Part shown: positions 1 through 9,366 of the stretch, piece by piece
Position numbering within the stretch: position 1 is the first letter of the stretch
Layout: every line of letters begins with the position of its first letter
Assembly: GCA_947455455.1 (NCBI GenBank)
Contig: CANGOE010000001.1
Coordinates: 38,700 to 102,699 of the forward strand
Source of the DNA: Hyphomicrobiales bacterium
GTDB taxonomy: Bacteria; Pseudomonadota; Alphaproteobacteria; Rhizobiales; Beijerinckiaceae
Length of the DNA: 64,000 nt
Direction of reading: 5' to 3'
Position numbers and translations under genes: made by a program
Notes under the pieces: generated by a model
Seen by the model: the letters and a program-made list of their open reading frames with translations, nothing else
Database searches by the model: none
What the model was told of the DNA's origin: nothing

Positions 1-1194
1 ATTCTCGATCGCTATGCCTGCATGGACGATGCCGGTCAATGCGCGTTCTTGTGCATGCTGGTGGACCGCTTCGGGGCCGATGAGGCCGAACTGGCGCAGG
101 CGATTGCCCGATACCAGTCAACCCCCGACCACCGCCATCTGATGGCCCTGCATCAGGCCGCCGAGCCGCGCCGACAGGAATTGATCCGCCGGTTGAACCT
201 GTCGTCGGGCGGCACGCAAAATCTGGTGCGGATGCGCGAGGATCTGTTCCGGTTTGAAAAGGCCCATCCCGAACTGGCGGCACTGGACGCGGATTTCCGG
301 CATTTGTTTTCCTCGTGGTTCAATCGCGGATTTCTGGTGCTCAGGCCGATAGACTGGCAAACACCCGCCAATATTCTGGAAAAGATCATCCGTTACGAGG
401 CTGTGCATGCCATCAAGAGCTGGGATGATCTGCGCAGTCGCCTTGCGCCGCCCGACCGGAGGTGCTTTGCGTTTTTCCATCCGCAAATTGTCGATGATCC
501 GCTGATCTTTGTCGAAGTGGCCCTGACCGCCGAGATCCCCGCGTCGATCACCGATGTGCTGAAAGAGGATCGGGTGCCTTTGGATCCGAAAAAGGCAACC
601 ACGGCGGTGTTCTATTCCATCTCGAATTGCCAGGAGGGCTTGCGCGGTATTTCCTTCGGCAACTTCCTGATCAAGCAGGTGGTGGAGGAACTGACCCGTC
701 AGGGCTTCGGGCTGGACACCTTTGTCACTTTGTCGCCGCTTCCCGGTTTTGCGGGCTGGCTTGGGCGCGAGCGGCAACAGGCCGAATCCGACTTTGTCAC
801 GGCAGAGCTGAAACCGTCGCTCGATTTGCTGGCTGATCCGGCTTGGGCTACCAATCCGGTCAGTGCCGCAGTGCTGGCCCCGTTACTGCAGGGTTTGGCC
901 GCGCGTTACCTGTTGCAGGCCCGCACCAATTCCGGACGGGTGATCGATCCGGTTGCCCGTTTCCATCTCGGCAACGGAGCGCGGTTGGAGCGGATCAACG
1001 CCATGGCCGACCTCTCGCCCAAAGGGCTGGCGCAGGCCCATGCGGTGATGGTCAACTATCTGTATGATCTCGAGTCGATCGAGGCCAATCACGAGGCGTT
1101 CAGCAACAAAGGCGAGGTCGTGGCCTCTGCCGAGGTCCGGCAGTTGTTGCGGCAAAAAGTCCCTCGTGAAACCCGCAACAATCATTTATTGTAA
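1..1194 (+). CDS. malonyl-CoA decarboxylase family protein (5' partial; ORF is open to the window edge)
   Basis: Frame 1 has no stop between nt 1 and the first ATG at 22, so the gene probably starts upstream. The translation has the MCD-family pattern (FFHPQIVDDPLIFVEVAL, FYSISNCQEGLRGISFGNFLIKQVV, ARFHLGNGA). Confidence 0.8.
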   Translation: MLDRYACMDDAGQCAFLCMLVDRFGADEAELAQAIARYQSTPDHRHLMALHQAAEPRRQELIRRLNLSSGGTQNLVRMREDLFRFEKAHPELAALDADFRHLFSSWFNRGFLVLRPIDWQTPANILEKIIRYEAVHAIKSWDDLRSRLAPPDRRCFAFFHPQIVDDPLIFVEVALTAEIPASITDVLKEDRVPLDPKKATTAVFYSISNCQEGLRGISFGNFLIKQVVEELTRQGFGLDTFVTLSPLPGFAGWLGRERQQAESDFVTAELKPSLDLLADPAWATNPVSAAVLAPLLQGLAARYLLQARTNSGRVIDPVARFHLGNGARLERINAMADLSPKGLAQAHAVMVNYLYDLESIEANHEAFSNKGEVVASAEVRQLLRQKVPRETRNNHLL

Positions 1195-1290
1195 GCTCTG
1201 CGGCAAGAATAACCCGAACAAGTCCACTTTCTCGCCTGTTTACGGGTAAGTTTGCTTGCATGAACAGGCGCGCTCTGGCACACCCTCGTC

Positions 1291-3123
1291 ATGGCCGCAC
1301 CTCCTCTCTTGCATTTGCAAAATACCCGCTTGACCTTTGGTGGCACTCCTTTGCTCGACGGCGCTGAACTCGCTGTTGGCTTGGGAGAACGTGTGGCTCT
1401 GGTGGGCCGCAACGGCTCCGGCAAATCGACTTTGCTGAAAATCGCCGCCGGACTGGTGGAAGCGGATTCCGGCACGCGCTTTTTGCAACCGGGCGCAACG
1501 GTGCGCTATCTGCCGCAGGAACCGGATCTGTCGGCCTATGCCACGGTGCTGGCCTATGTCGAAGAGGGGCTGGCCCCCGGTGACGATCCCTATCGCGCCC
1601 AGCATCTGCTGACCCAATTGGGCCTGAATGGTGACGAGGATCCCAAACGTCTGTCTGGCGGGGAAACGCGCCGCGCCGCTTTGGCCCGCACGCTGGCCCC
1701 CGCGCCCGATATCCTGTTGCTTGACGAGCCGACCAACCATCTCGATCTGCCCGCCATCACATGGCTGGAAGAAGAGTTGTCCGGTTTGCGGTCGGCAATG
1801 GTCATCATCTCGCATGACCGGCGGTTCTTGCAAAATCTGTCGCGCAATACCGTCTGGCTGGATCGCGGGCGCTCGCGCCGGCTCGATCAGGGCTTTGCCG
1901 CTTTCGAGGCGTGGCGCGATCTGCAGATCGAACAGGAAGAAATCGAAGCCCACAAACTCGACCGCCAGATTGCGCGGGAGGAAGATTGGGTCCGCTATGG
2001 CGTGACCGCAAGGCGCAAGCGAAATGTGCGGCGCATGGCCGATCTGGCCGATTTGCGCGAAAAGCGCAGTACGGCCCGCAAACTGACCGGCGATGTCAAA
2101 ATGGCGGCCAGCGAGGCCGACCAGTCGGGCGAACAGGTGGTGGTGCTTGACCATGTCGGCAAATCCTATGGTGACCGCACCATTGTCAAAGATCTCTCGA
2201 TGCGGATCATGCGGCGCGACCGGATCGGCATTGTCGGGGCCAATGGCGCGGGCAAAACCACATTGATCAATCTGATGACCGGCGAACTGGCCCCTGATTC
2301 CGGCGAAGTGCGCTTGGGCACCCGTCTGGAAAAGGTCGTGCTGGATCAACGCCGAGCCGCGCTTGATGAAAAGGCCTCCGTCATGGATGTGCTGACCGGC
2401 GGGCGGGGCGATATGCTGACGGTCAATGGCATCCAGCGCCATGTCATGGGCTATTTGAAAGACTTTTTGTTCTCCCCGCCGCAGGCTCGCCAACCGGTGG
2501 CGGCCTTGTCGGGTGGCGAACGGGCAAGGCTGTTGCTGGCCCGTGCCTTGGCCGCGCCCTCCAACCTGCTGGTGCTGGATGAGCCGACCAATGATCTCGA
2601 TCTGGAAACGCTCGACCTGCTCGAAGAGCTGGTGGCCGATTATGCCGGTACCGTGCTGATCGTCAGCCATGACCGCGATTGTCTGGACCGTGTCTGTACG
2701 GCCATTCTGATGTCGGAAGGCGAGGGGAATTGGACGCTCTATGCCGGCGGTTATTCCGACATGCTGGCCCAGCGCGGTGAAGGGGTCACGGCGCGCAAGT
2801 CGCATCGCTCCGGTCTGCCCTCGACCCAGAAGCACGAAGCCAGTGGCTCCGGGGCCAGCCAGACGGCCGGCGGGAAATCAGCCCGCAAATTGTCGTTCAA
2901 GGACAAGCATGCTTTGAGCGTCTTGCCTGATAAAATGGCCGCACTCGGGCGTGATATCGAGAAACTGCAACTGGCGCTGGCCGATCCCCAGCTCTATGCC
3001 AAAGACGCTGCCCGCTTCAACGCTTTGAGCCTGCGTCTCACCGAAACACAGGTGGCCCTGATGCAGGCCGAGGAAGAATGGCTGGCGCTGGAATTGTTGC
3101 GCGAGGAAATCGAGGGCAGTTGA
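1291..3123 (+). CDS. uup: ABC-F family ATPase (Uup-like, no membrane domain)
   Basis: Two Walker A motifs (GRNGSGKST, GANGAGKTT), two LSGGE signatures, an inter-domain linker and a C-terminal coiled-coil tail (KLSFKDKHAL...EEEWLALE), 610 aa. A downstream hairpin plus T-run lies at 3260-3283. Confidence 0.85.
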   Translation: MAAPPLLHLQNTRLTFGGTPLLDGAELAVGLGERVALVGRNGSGKSTLLKIAAGLVEADSGTRFLQPGATVRYLPQEPDLSAYATVLAYVEEGLAPGDDPYRAQHLLTQLGLNGDEDPKRLSGGETRRAALARTLAPAPDILLLDEPTNHLDLPAITWLEEELSGLRSAMVIISHDRRFLQNLSRNTVWLDRGRSRRLDQGFAAFEAWRDLQIEQEEIEAHKLDRQIAREEDWVRYGVTARRKRNVRRMADLADLREKRSTARKLTGDVKMAASEADQSGEQVVVLDHVGKSYGDRTIVKDLSMRIMRRDRIGIVGANGAGKTTLINLMTGELAPDSGEVRLGTRLEKVVLDQRRAALDEKASVMDVLTGGRGDMLTVNGIQRHVMGYLKDFLFSPPQARQPVAALSGGERARLLLARALAAPSNLLVLDEPTNDLDLETLDLLEELVADYAGTVLIVSHDRDCLDRVCTAILMSEGEGNWTLYAGGYSDMLAQRGEGVTARKSHRSGLPSTQKHEASGSGASQTAGGKSARKLSFKDKHALSVLPDKMAALGRDIEKLQLALADPQLYAKDAARFNALSLRLTETQVALMQAEEEWLALELLREEIEGS

Positions 3124-3149
3124 TTTTTGTTCGTCTGGTCGGGCATTTT

Positions 3150-3185
3150 AAAAAAGACGTGGATGACCGCCACAAGGGCGGTCAT
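3150..3185 (-). terminator. possible terminator for the M20D amidohydrolase gene
   Basis: Perfect 9-bp stem ATGACCGCC/GGCGGTCAT. On the minus strand a T6 run follows, but only after a 7-nt gap. Confidence 0.4.
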
Positions 3186-3259
3186 GACACCGGTATGAAT
3201 CGTGATCAATCAATGCTTCACTGATGCCAGTCCAACTCATGCCAGCCAAGGGGCAGATC

Positions 3260-3283
3260 GAGGGGGCAAGCCCCCTCTTTATT
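3260..3283 (+). terminator. rho-independent terminator downstream of the ABC-F gene
   Basis: GAGGGGGC-AA-GCCCCCTC perfect 8-bp stem followed by TTTATT. Confidence 0.65.
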
Positions 3284-3284
3284 G

Positions 3285-4448
3285 TCAGGCGGGCATGCCT
3301 GTTTCGATCAGCTTGGCCCAATAGCTGACACCGATCGGGATCACGTGATCATCGAAGTCATAGGCGGGATGGTGCAGACCTGCAGTATCGCCATTGCCGA
3401 CGAAGATAAACGCGCCGGGGCGGGCTTCCAGCATGTAGGAAAAGTCTTCCGCGCCCATGGTCGGGGCAAGATGGGTGTCGACCTTGTCCTGACCGACCAC
3501 CGAGCCTGCGACCGAGGCCGCAAATTGGGTGGGGCTGTCATGGTTGCAGGTGACAGGATAGCCACGGGCATAATCGACCGTCGCCGTTGCGCCATGCATG
3601 GCGCAGATGCCATGGACGATTTCTGACATGCGGCGTTCGATCATATCCTGCACATCCTTGTTGAGCGTGCGGACCGTGCCTCTGAGCGTGGCGGTTTGCG
3701 GCAGGATGTTGAAGGCCTCGCCTGCACGGATATAGGTGGTGGACACCACAGCCGATTCCAGCGGGTTCACATTGCGCGCGACAATCGCCTGAAACGCATT
3801 GATGATCTGGCCGACAATGACCACGGTGTCGATGGAGCCATGCGGATTGGCCGCATGCGCACCCAGACCCTGGATCTCGATGGTGAAGCGGTCGGCGGCC
3901 GCCATCAAGGGGCCGGTCCGCAGGCCGAACTGGCCGACCGGCATGCCGGGCATGTTGTGCATGCCATAGACTTCGGTAATGCCGAAACGGTCCATCATGC
4001 CGTCATCGACCATGGCCTTGCCGCCGCCGCCACCTTCTTCGGCAGGTTGGAAAATCACCACCGCAGTCCCGGCGAAATTGCGGGTTTCGGCCAGATATTT
4101 GGCCGCACCCAACAGCATGGACGTGTGCCCGTCATGGCCGCAGGCATGCATCTTGCCCGGAGTGGTGGAGGCATAGGCCTTGCCGGTTTCCTCGACAATC
4201 GGCAAAGCATCCATATCGGCGCGCATGCCGATCACTTTGGTGCCCGGCTTGGAGCCGCGGATCACGCCGACCACGCCGGTGCGGCCAATGCCTGTGACCA
4301 CCTCATCGCATCCAAAAGCCTTGAGCTTGTCCGCAACAATGCCTGCTGTACGGTGCACGTCGTAATCCAGCTCCGGATGGGCATGCAGATCGTGCCGCCA
4401 TTCGGCAATTTCTTCGGCAAAAGCGGCAACACGGTTCACGATGGGCAT
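3285..4448 (-). CDS. M20D-family amidohydrolase (N-acyl-L-amino acid / hippurate hydrolase type)
   Basis: Motifs MRADMDALP, HACGHDGH and FQPAEEGGGG. I chose the internal ATG at 4448 (MPIVNRV...), which is preceded by AGAGG. The longest ORF extends to 4520. Confidence 0.85.
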   Translation of the reverse strand: MPIVNRVAAFAEEIAEWRHDLHAHPELDYDVHRTAGIVADKLKAFGCDEVVTGIGRTGVVGVIRGSKPGTKVIGMRADMDALPIVEETGKAYASTTPGKMHACGHDGHTSMLLGAAKYLAETRNFAGTAVVIFQPAEEGGGGGKAMVDDGMMDRFGITEVYGMHNMPGMPVGQFGLRTGPLMAAADRFTIEIQGLGAHAANPHGSIDTVVIVGQIINAFQAIVARNVNPLESAVVSTTYIRAGEAFNILPQTATLRGTVRTLNKDVQDMIERRMSEIVHGICAMHGATATVDYARGYPVTCNHDSPTQFAASVAGSVVGQDKVDTHLAPTMGAEDFSYMLEARPGAFIFVGNGDTAGLHHPAYDFDDHVIPIGVSYWAKLIETGMPA

Positions 4449-4575
4449 TTCAAGACCTCTTGAATGGGGGATATCTGACGGTTGATTTGGTATTATCCAT
4501 TGGTTGAAGAAGCAAAGCAAATTCGCATGCTGGCGGTCAATGGCAAAGATCGGTCACATCTTGTCGAATTAAAAA

Positions 4576-4585
4576 GGCAATTGCC
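4576..4585. promoter_or_regulatory. 10-bp perfect palindrome in the divergent amidohydrolase/ABC control region
   Basis: GGCAATTGCC, located in the 261-bp AT-richer spacer between the divergent starts at 4448 and 4710. Confidence 0.25.
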
Positions 4586-4709
4586 CCAATTTAACCCGCC
4601 AATAATGCAGAATTAGACTTTACGCTGAGAGGTTATGGCGGCTAATCTCTGCCCCACGAGTGAACAGGACGAGGCAATGACGTTTCACTCAACCTAGGGG
4701 TAAAGTGCG

Positions 4710-6311
4710 ATGACAATCAAAAAAGGACTAGTGGCCAAAGGATTTTTGGCCCTGGCAACTGCGGCTGTGCTGTTCAGCAGTGCCGTCTCTGCCAAAACAC
4801 TGCGTTACGCCAATCAGGGGGATTTGAAGTCTCTCGATCCATATACGCTGAATGAAACCACCACCAATGCCCATCTGGCCAACGTCTATGAAGGTCTGGT
4901 CAAACGGGACCGGAACCTGAACGTCGTGCCTGCTCTGGCCGAGCGATGGGAAACACCCGAGCCGACCCGCTGGCGCTTTTACCTGCGCAAAGGCGTGAAG
5001 TTCCAGAATGGTGAAGATTTCACCGCTGATGACGTGATTTTCTCTGCCGACCGTCTGCGTGCACCCGGTTCCAACCACACGACCCGCGTGCCCAAGGATG
5101 CCAAATTCGTCAAGATCGACGACCATACCGTTGATGTGATTTTGGGCGTGCCCAATCCGATCCTGCTGAACCAGTGGGAATATTGGATGATCGTGTCGAA
5201 GAAGTGGGCCGAAGCCAATGGCAGTGCCGCACCGACACCCGCCAATGCCACGACACCCTCTTATATCTCGCTCAACGCCAATGGCACCGGTCCGTTCAAG
5301 ATCGAAAGCCATCAGCCCGGCGTGAAAACCGTGTTCAAGCCGAATGCAGGCTGGTGGAGCAAGCCCGAACACAATCTGGATGAAATCATCTTCACGCCGA
5401 TCGCATCGGATGCCACCCGCGTGGCCGCCTTGCTGTCGGGCGAAGTCGATCTGATCGAGCCTGTTCCCATTCAGGACATCCAGCGCGTCAATTCGGCCTC
5501 CAATGTGCAGGTTCTGGCCGGTCCCGAATTGCGCACCATCTATCTGGGCATGGACCAGACCCGCGACGAATTGCTCGAGTCCAGCGTGAAGGGCAAGAAC
5601 CCCTTCAAGGACAAGCGCGTCCGCGAGGCTTTCTACAAGGCCATCGACATCGAAACCATCAAGACCCGCGTCATGCGCGGCCTCTCGACACCTTCGGCTT
5701 TGATGATCGCGCCGGAACTGTTCCCGCTCTCGAAAGACTTCGTGCGTCCGAAGTTCGATCCTGAAGGGGCCAAGAAGCTGCTGGCCGATGCCGGTTATCC
5801 CAATGGTTTCGAAGTCGGCTTCGATTGCCCCAATGACCGTTACGTCAATGACGGCCCGATCTGTCAGGCGATTGTCGGTATGCTCGCCCGTGTCGGGATC
5901 AAGCTCAATGCTTTGATCCAGCCCAAGGCGCAGTATTTCGCCAAAGTCCTGAAGCCGAATGGTTTCAAAACCTCCTTCTACCTGCTCGGCTGGACCCCCA
6001 ATACATTGGATAGCCACAACGTGCTCTATGACATCATCGGTTGCCGCGATGATGAAAAGTCGGCCCGTGGCGAAACCAATCTGGGCGGTTATTGCAACAA
6101 GCAGCTTGACGGTTTGACCGACCAGATTCTGGGCGAAACCGATGCAACCAAGCGCAATGCAATGATCAAGCAGGCCTTCCAGATCGCTTATGATGACTAT
6201 GCCTATATCCCGCTTCACCAGCAGGCTTTGGCATGGGGTGTGTCCAAAACGCTGAAAATGGCACAGCGTGCGGACAACGCCATCACCTTCGGCTGGATCA
6301 TGAAAGACTGA
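4710..6311 (+). CDS. ABC transporter substrate-binding protein, family 5 (peptide/opine/nickel type)
   Basis: N-terminal signal peptide (LALATAAVLFSSAVSA), 533 aa, SBP_bac_5-like sequence (LRYANQGDLKSLDPY...). It is followed by two permease and two ATPase genes. Confidence 0.85.
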   Translation: MTIKKGLVAKGFLALATAAVLFSSAVSAKTLRYANQGDLKSLDPYTLNETTTNAHLANVYEGLVKRDRNLNVVPALAERWETPEPTRWRFYLRKGVKFQNGEDFTADDVIFSADRLRAPGSNHTTRVPKDAKFVKIDDHTVDVILGVPNPILLNQWEYWMIVSKKWAEANGSAAPTPANATTPSYISLNANGTGPFKIESHQPGVKTVFKPNAGWWSKPEHNLDEIIFTPIASDATRVAALLSGEVDLIEPVPIQDIQRVNSASNVQVLAGPELRTIYLGMDQTRDELLESSVKGKNPFKDKRVREAFYKAIDIETIKTRVMRGLSTPSALMIAPELFPLSKDFVRPKFDPEGAKKLLADAGYPNGFEVGFDCPNDRYVNDGPICQAIVGMLARVGIKLNALIQPKAQYFAKVLKPNGFKTSFYLLGWTPNTLDSHNVLYDIIGCRDDEKSARGETNLGGYCNKQLDGLTDQILGETDATKRNAMIKQAFQIAYDDYAYIPLHQQALAWGVSKTLKMAQRADNAITFGWIMKD

Positions 6312-6377
6312 TCCCTTCTCGGACGGCAGACCGGTCAACGGCCTGCTTTTCGGACAGGTGGCGTGTTTGCCTATCGG

Positions 6378-6400
6378 GTCCGGCACCAATGGTGTCGGAC
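6378..6400 (+). other. intercistronic hairpin between the SBP and permease genes
   Basis: GTCCGGCACC-AAT-GGTGTCGGAC, a 10-bp stem with one G.U pair and no U-run. This is typical of differential-expression hairpins that follow SBP genes. Confidence 0.45.
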
Positions 6401-6447
6401 CTTGATCCTTGACCCGCTGTTCGGGTTATCAAGAAGAGTATGATCCT

Positions 6448-7425
6448 ATGCTGGCTTTTGTTATCCGACGGATTTTGCAATCCTGCATGGTCTTGCTGAC
6501 GGTCGCGCTTCTGGCTTTCACGATGTTTCGTTTTGTCGGTGATCCCGTGGCGCAGATTGTCAGTCTGGATACGCCCGCCGAGGAAGTGCGCAAGGTGCGC
6601 GAGAGTCTGGGCCTCGATGATCCGGTGATCGTGCAGATGGGCCGCTATCTCTATAAAGCCGTGCAACTGGATTTCGGGATCTCCTACCAATTCCGCCAGC
6701 CAGTGATCGAATTGCTGGCCGAGCGCGCGCCGGCCACATTGGAACTGGCCCTGATTTCTTCTTTCCTGTCGTTGGCCATCGGCATTCCGATGGGGGTCTA
6801 TACCGCTTTGCGGCGTGACAGCCTGTTCGCGCGTGTGTTTCAATCCATCTCGCTGGTGGGTGTCAGCCTGCCCACATTCCTGATCGGGATTTTGCTGATC
6901 TATCTGTTCGCCGTGACGCTGGGATGGTTGCCCTCGTTCGGGCGCGGGCAGGTGGTCACCGTATCGGGGCGCTGGAGCACGGGACTGTTGACCGCCTCCG
7001 GCCTGAAAGCGCTGATCCTGCCTGCGATCACGCTCGGCCTTTACCAGATGACGCTGATCATGCGGCTGGTGCGTGCCGAGATGCTGGAAGTGTTGCGCTC
7101 CGACCATATTAAATTCGCGCGTGCCCGCGGGCTGACCACACGGGCGATCCATTTCCGCCATGCCCTGAAAAGCACGCTGGTGCCGGTGATCACCATTGCC
7201 GGTTTGCAACTCGGCTCGATCATCGCCTTTGCGGTGATTACGGAGACGGTGTTCCAGTGGCCCGGCATGGGCGCTTTGTTCCTGAAGGCGGTCCAGAATG
7301 TCGATATTCCGATCATGGCGGCCTATCTGATGATTATTTCGGCTTTGTTCGTCACCATCAATATGGTGGTTGATCTGCTCTATGCATTTGTCGATCCGCG
7401 TTTGCGTGCGACCATCAAAGGATAA
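6448..7425 (+). CDS. ABC transporter permease (DppB/OppB type)
   Basis: The typical N-terminus MLAFVIRRILQ begins at the ATG at 6448. Multi-TM protein with the EAA-loop region (ARARGL). The longest ORF starts at 6409. Confidence 0.85.
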   Translation: MLAFVIRRILQSCMVLLTVALLAFTMFRFVGDPVAQIVSLDTPAEEVRKVRESLGLDDPVIVQMGRYLYKAVQLDFGISYQFRQPVIELLAERAPATLELALISSFLSLAIGIPMGVYTALRRDSLFARVFQSISLVGVSLPTFLIGILLIYLFAVTLGWLPSFGRGQVVTVSGRWSTGLLTASGLKALILPAITLGLYQMTLIMRLVRAEMLEVLRSDHIKFARARGLTTRAIHFRHALKSTLVPVITIAGLQLGSIIAFAVITETVFQWPGMGALFLKAVQNVDIPIMAAYLMIISALFVTINMVVDLLYAFVDPRLRATIKG

Positions 7426-7429
7426 TGGT

Positions 7430-8383
7430 GTGACAATCCCCCCTCCCTCCGCCGGACCCACCTCGTCGGGCGACAGTCTCTGGTCGCGGATCATGGCGCA
7501 TGATCTGACCTATCTGTTTTTCCGCTCGCCTTTGACGGTGGTGGCGGCGGTGCTGTCGGTGGCGATCATTCTGGCCGCCCTGATGGCCCCATGGCTGGCG
7601 AGCATGGATCCGTTCGATCCGGCGCAGGTGTTTCTGGCCGACGCCAATATTCCCCCTGTCTGGCAGGATGGCGGCGATCCGCGGTTTGTGCTGGGCACCG
7701 ATGATCAGGGCCGCGATCTCTATTCGGCCATTCTGTACGGTATGCGGGTGTCGCTGGTGATCGGCCTGTCGGGCGTGGCGCTGGCGGCGACCATCGGCAT
7801 CACGCTGGGCCTGATTGCCGGTTATGTCGGCGGGCGGGTTGATGCGGTCATCATGCGGGTGGCGGATGTGCAACTGACCTTTCCCGCAATCCTGATCGCC
7901 TTGCTGGTCAACGGGGTTGTGCAGGCGTTGTCGAAAGGCACGTCGCGCGAGACCTGGGCGTTCGGCGTGCTGATCCTGTCGATCGGTCTGAGCTTCTGGG
8001 TGCAATATGCGCGCACCATCCGCGGCTCGACATTGATTGAAAAGAACAAGGACTATATCCACGCCGCGCGCTTGGTCGGCCAGCCGACACCGCTGATCCT
8101 GTTGCGCCACCTCCTGCCTAATGTGATCGGTCCGGTGCTGGTGATCCTGACCATCAATCTCGGTCTGGCCATCATCACCGAGGCGACCCTGTCGTTTCTG
8201 GGTGTCGGCCTGCCGCCGACCCAGCCTTCGCTGGGCACGCTGATTTCGATCGGCAACAAATATCTGTTTTCCGGTGATTGGTGGATTGTGACTTTCCCGG
8301 GCCTGACTTTGGCGATTTTTGTGCTGTCGATCAATCTGATCGGCGACTGGTTGCGCGATGCGCTGAATCCGAGGCTTCAATGA
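7430..8383 (+). CDS. ABC transporter permease (DppC/OppC type)
   Basis: DppC-like sequence (GTDDQGRDLYSAILYG..., AARLVG). The start is uncertain: GTG 7430 lies just after the upstream stop (coupled), and ATG 7493 is the alternative. The longest ORF start at 7370 overlaps the previous gene. Confidence 0.8.
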   Translation: MTIPPPSAGPTSSGDSLWSRIMAHDLTYLFFRSPLTVVAAVLSVAIILAALMAPWLASMDPFDPAQVFLADANIPPVWQDGGDPRFVLGTDDQGRDLYSAILYGMRVSLVIGLSGVALAATIGITLGLIAGYVGGRVDAVIMRVADVQLTFPAILIALLVNGVVQALSKGTSRETWAFGVLILSIGLSFWVQYARTIRGSTLIEKNKDYIHAARLVGQPTPLILLRHLLPNVIGPVLVILTINLGLAIITEATLSFLGVGLPPTQPSLGTLISIGNKYLFSGDWWIVTFPGLTLAIFVLSINLIGDWLRDALNPRLQ

Positions 8384-9366
8384 CACCCGAATCTGTAAAG
8401 ACTCCCGTGCTCGAATTGCGCAATCTGGTTGTCGAATTTGTCACCCGCCACGGCACCTTGCGGGCTTTGGACGGTATTTCCCTGTCCATCGCACCCGGTG
8501 AAGTGCTGGGGGTGGTGGGTGAATCAGGGGCCGGAAAATCGCTGACCGGAGCGGCGGTGATCGGCCTGTTGGAGCCGCCGGGCCGGATTGCCTCGGGTGA
8601 GGTCTTGCTGGCAGGCCAGCGGATCGACCAACTGCCGATGGAGGAGTTGCGCCATATTCGCGGCAAGCGGATCGGTACGATTTTTCAGGATCCTTTGACC
8701 AGTCTTGATCCGCTCTATCGGGTCGGAGAACAGTTGATCGAAACCATCCGCACCCATCTGCCGGTGACCGAACAGGAAGCCCGCGAACGTGCGATTGCCT
8801 TGCTGGCCGAGGTGGGTATTCCGGCCCCCGAAAAACGGATTGACGGCTATCCGCATGAATTTTCCGGCGGGATGCGGCAACGTGTGGTGATTGCCCTGGC
8901 TCTGGCGGCCGAGCCGGAATTGATCATTGCCGATGAGCCGACCACCGCGCTGGATGTGTCGGTGCAGGCGCAGATCATTGCCGTACTCAAAAAACTGTGC
9001 CGTGAACGCGGCACCGCAGTGATGCTGATCACCCATGACATGGGGGTGATTGCCGAAACGGCTGATCGCGTCGCGGTGATGTATGCGGGGCGGGTGATTG
9101 AAATTGGCCCGGTCCGCGATGTCGTCAAATCGCCCAAGCATCCTTATGCCAAGGGTTTGATGGGCTCGATCCCCGCGCTTGACGAACGGCCCGAGCGTCT
9201 TTTGCAAATCGAGGGGTCAATGCCGCGCCTGACCGCAATCCCCGAAGGGTGCGCCTTCCATCCCCGCTGTCCGCATGTGATACCCAAATGCCATGAATCG
9301 AGGCCTGTGCTCGAACATGTCGGGGCCGGACAGGTCGCCTGCTTCCTGCATGAGGTGCGCTCATGA
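8380..9366 (+). CDS. ABC transporter ATP-binding protein (DppD/OppD type)
   Basis: ATGA overlap with the upstream stop. Walker A GESGAGKS, signature FSGGMRQR, Walker B IIADEPTTALD, and a C-terminal oligopeptide-type extension (HPYAKGL...CAFHPRCP). Confidence 0.9.
   Translation: MTPESVKTPVLELRNLVVEFVTRHGTLRALDGISLSIAPGEVLGVVGESGAGKSLTGAAVIGLLEPPGRIASGEVLLAGQRIDQLPMEELRHIRGKRIGTIFQDPLTSLDPLYRVGEQLIETIRTHLPVTEQEARERAIALLAEVGIPAPEKRIDGYPHEFSGGMRQRVVIALALAAEPELIIADEPTTALDVSVQAQIIAVLKKLCRERGTAVMLITHDMGVIAETADRVAVMYAGRVIEIGPVRDVVKSPKHPYAKGLMGSIPALDERPERLLQIEGSMPRLTAIPEGCAFHPRCPHVIPKCHESRPVLEHVGAGQVACFLHEVRS

Noticed and set aside
1240-2835. A 531-aa ORF on the minus strand, and similar long ORFs: 4728-6389(-), 6298-7494(-), 7415-8386(-), 15482-16525(+), 24804-26159(+), 31946-32698(-), 38279-39652(-), 42800-43966(-), 48166-49650(-) and 51112-53031(-).
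   Set aside because: All are antisense or out-of-frame shadows of genes with clear family identity. Their translations are Arg/Gly/His/Gln-rich and low-complexity with no recognisable motifs, which is typical of GC-rich genomes.
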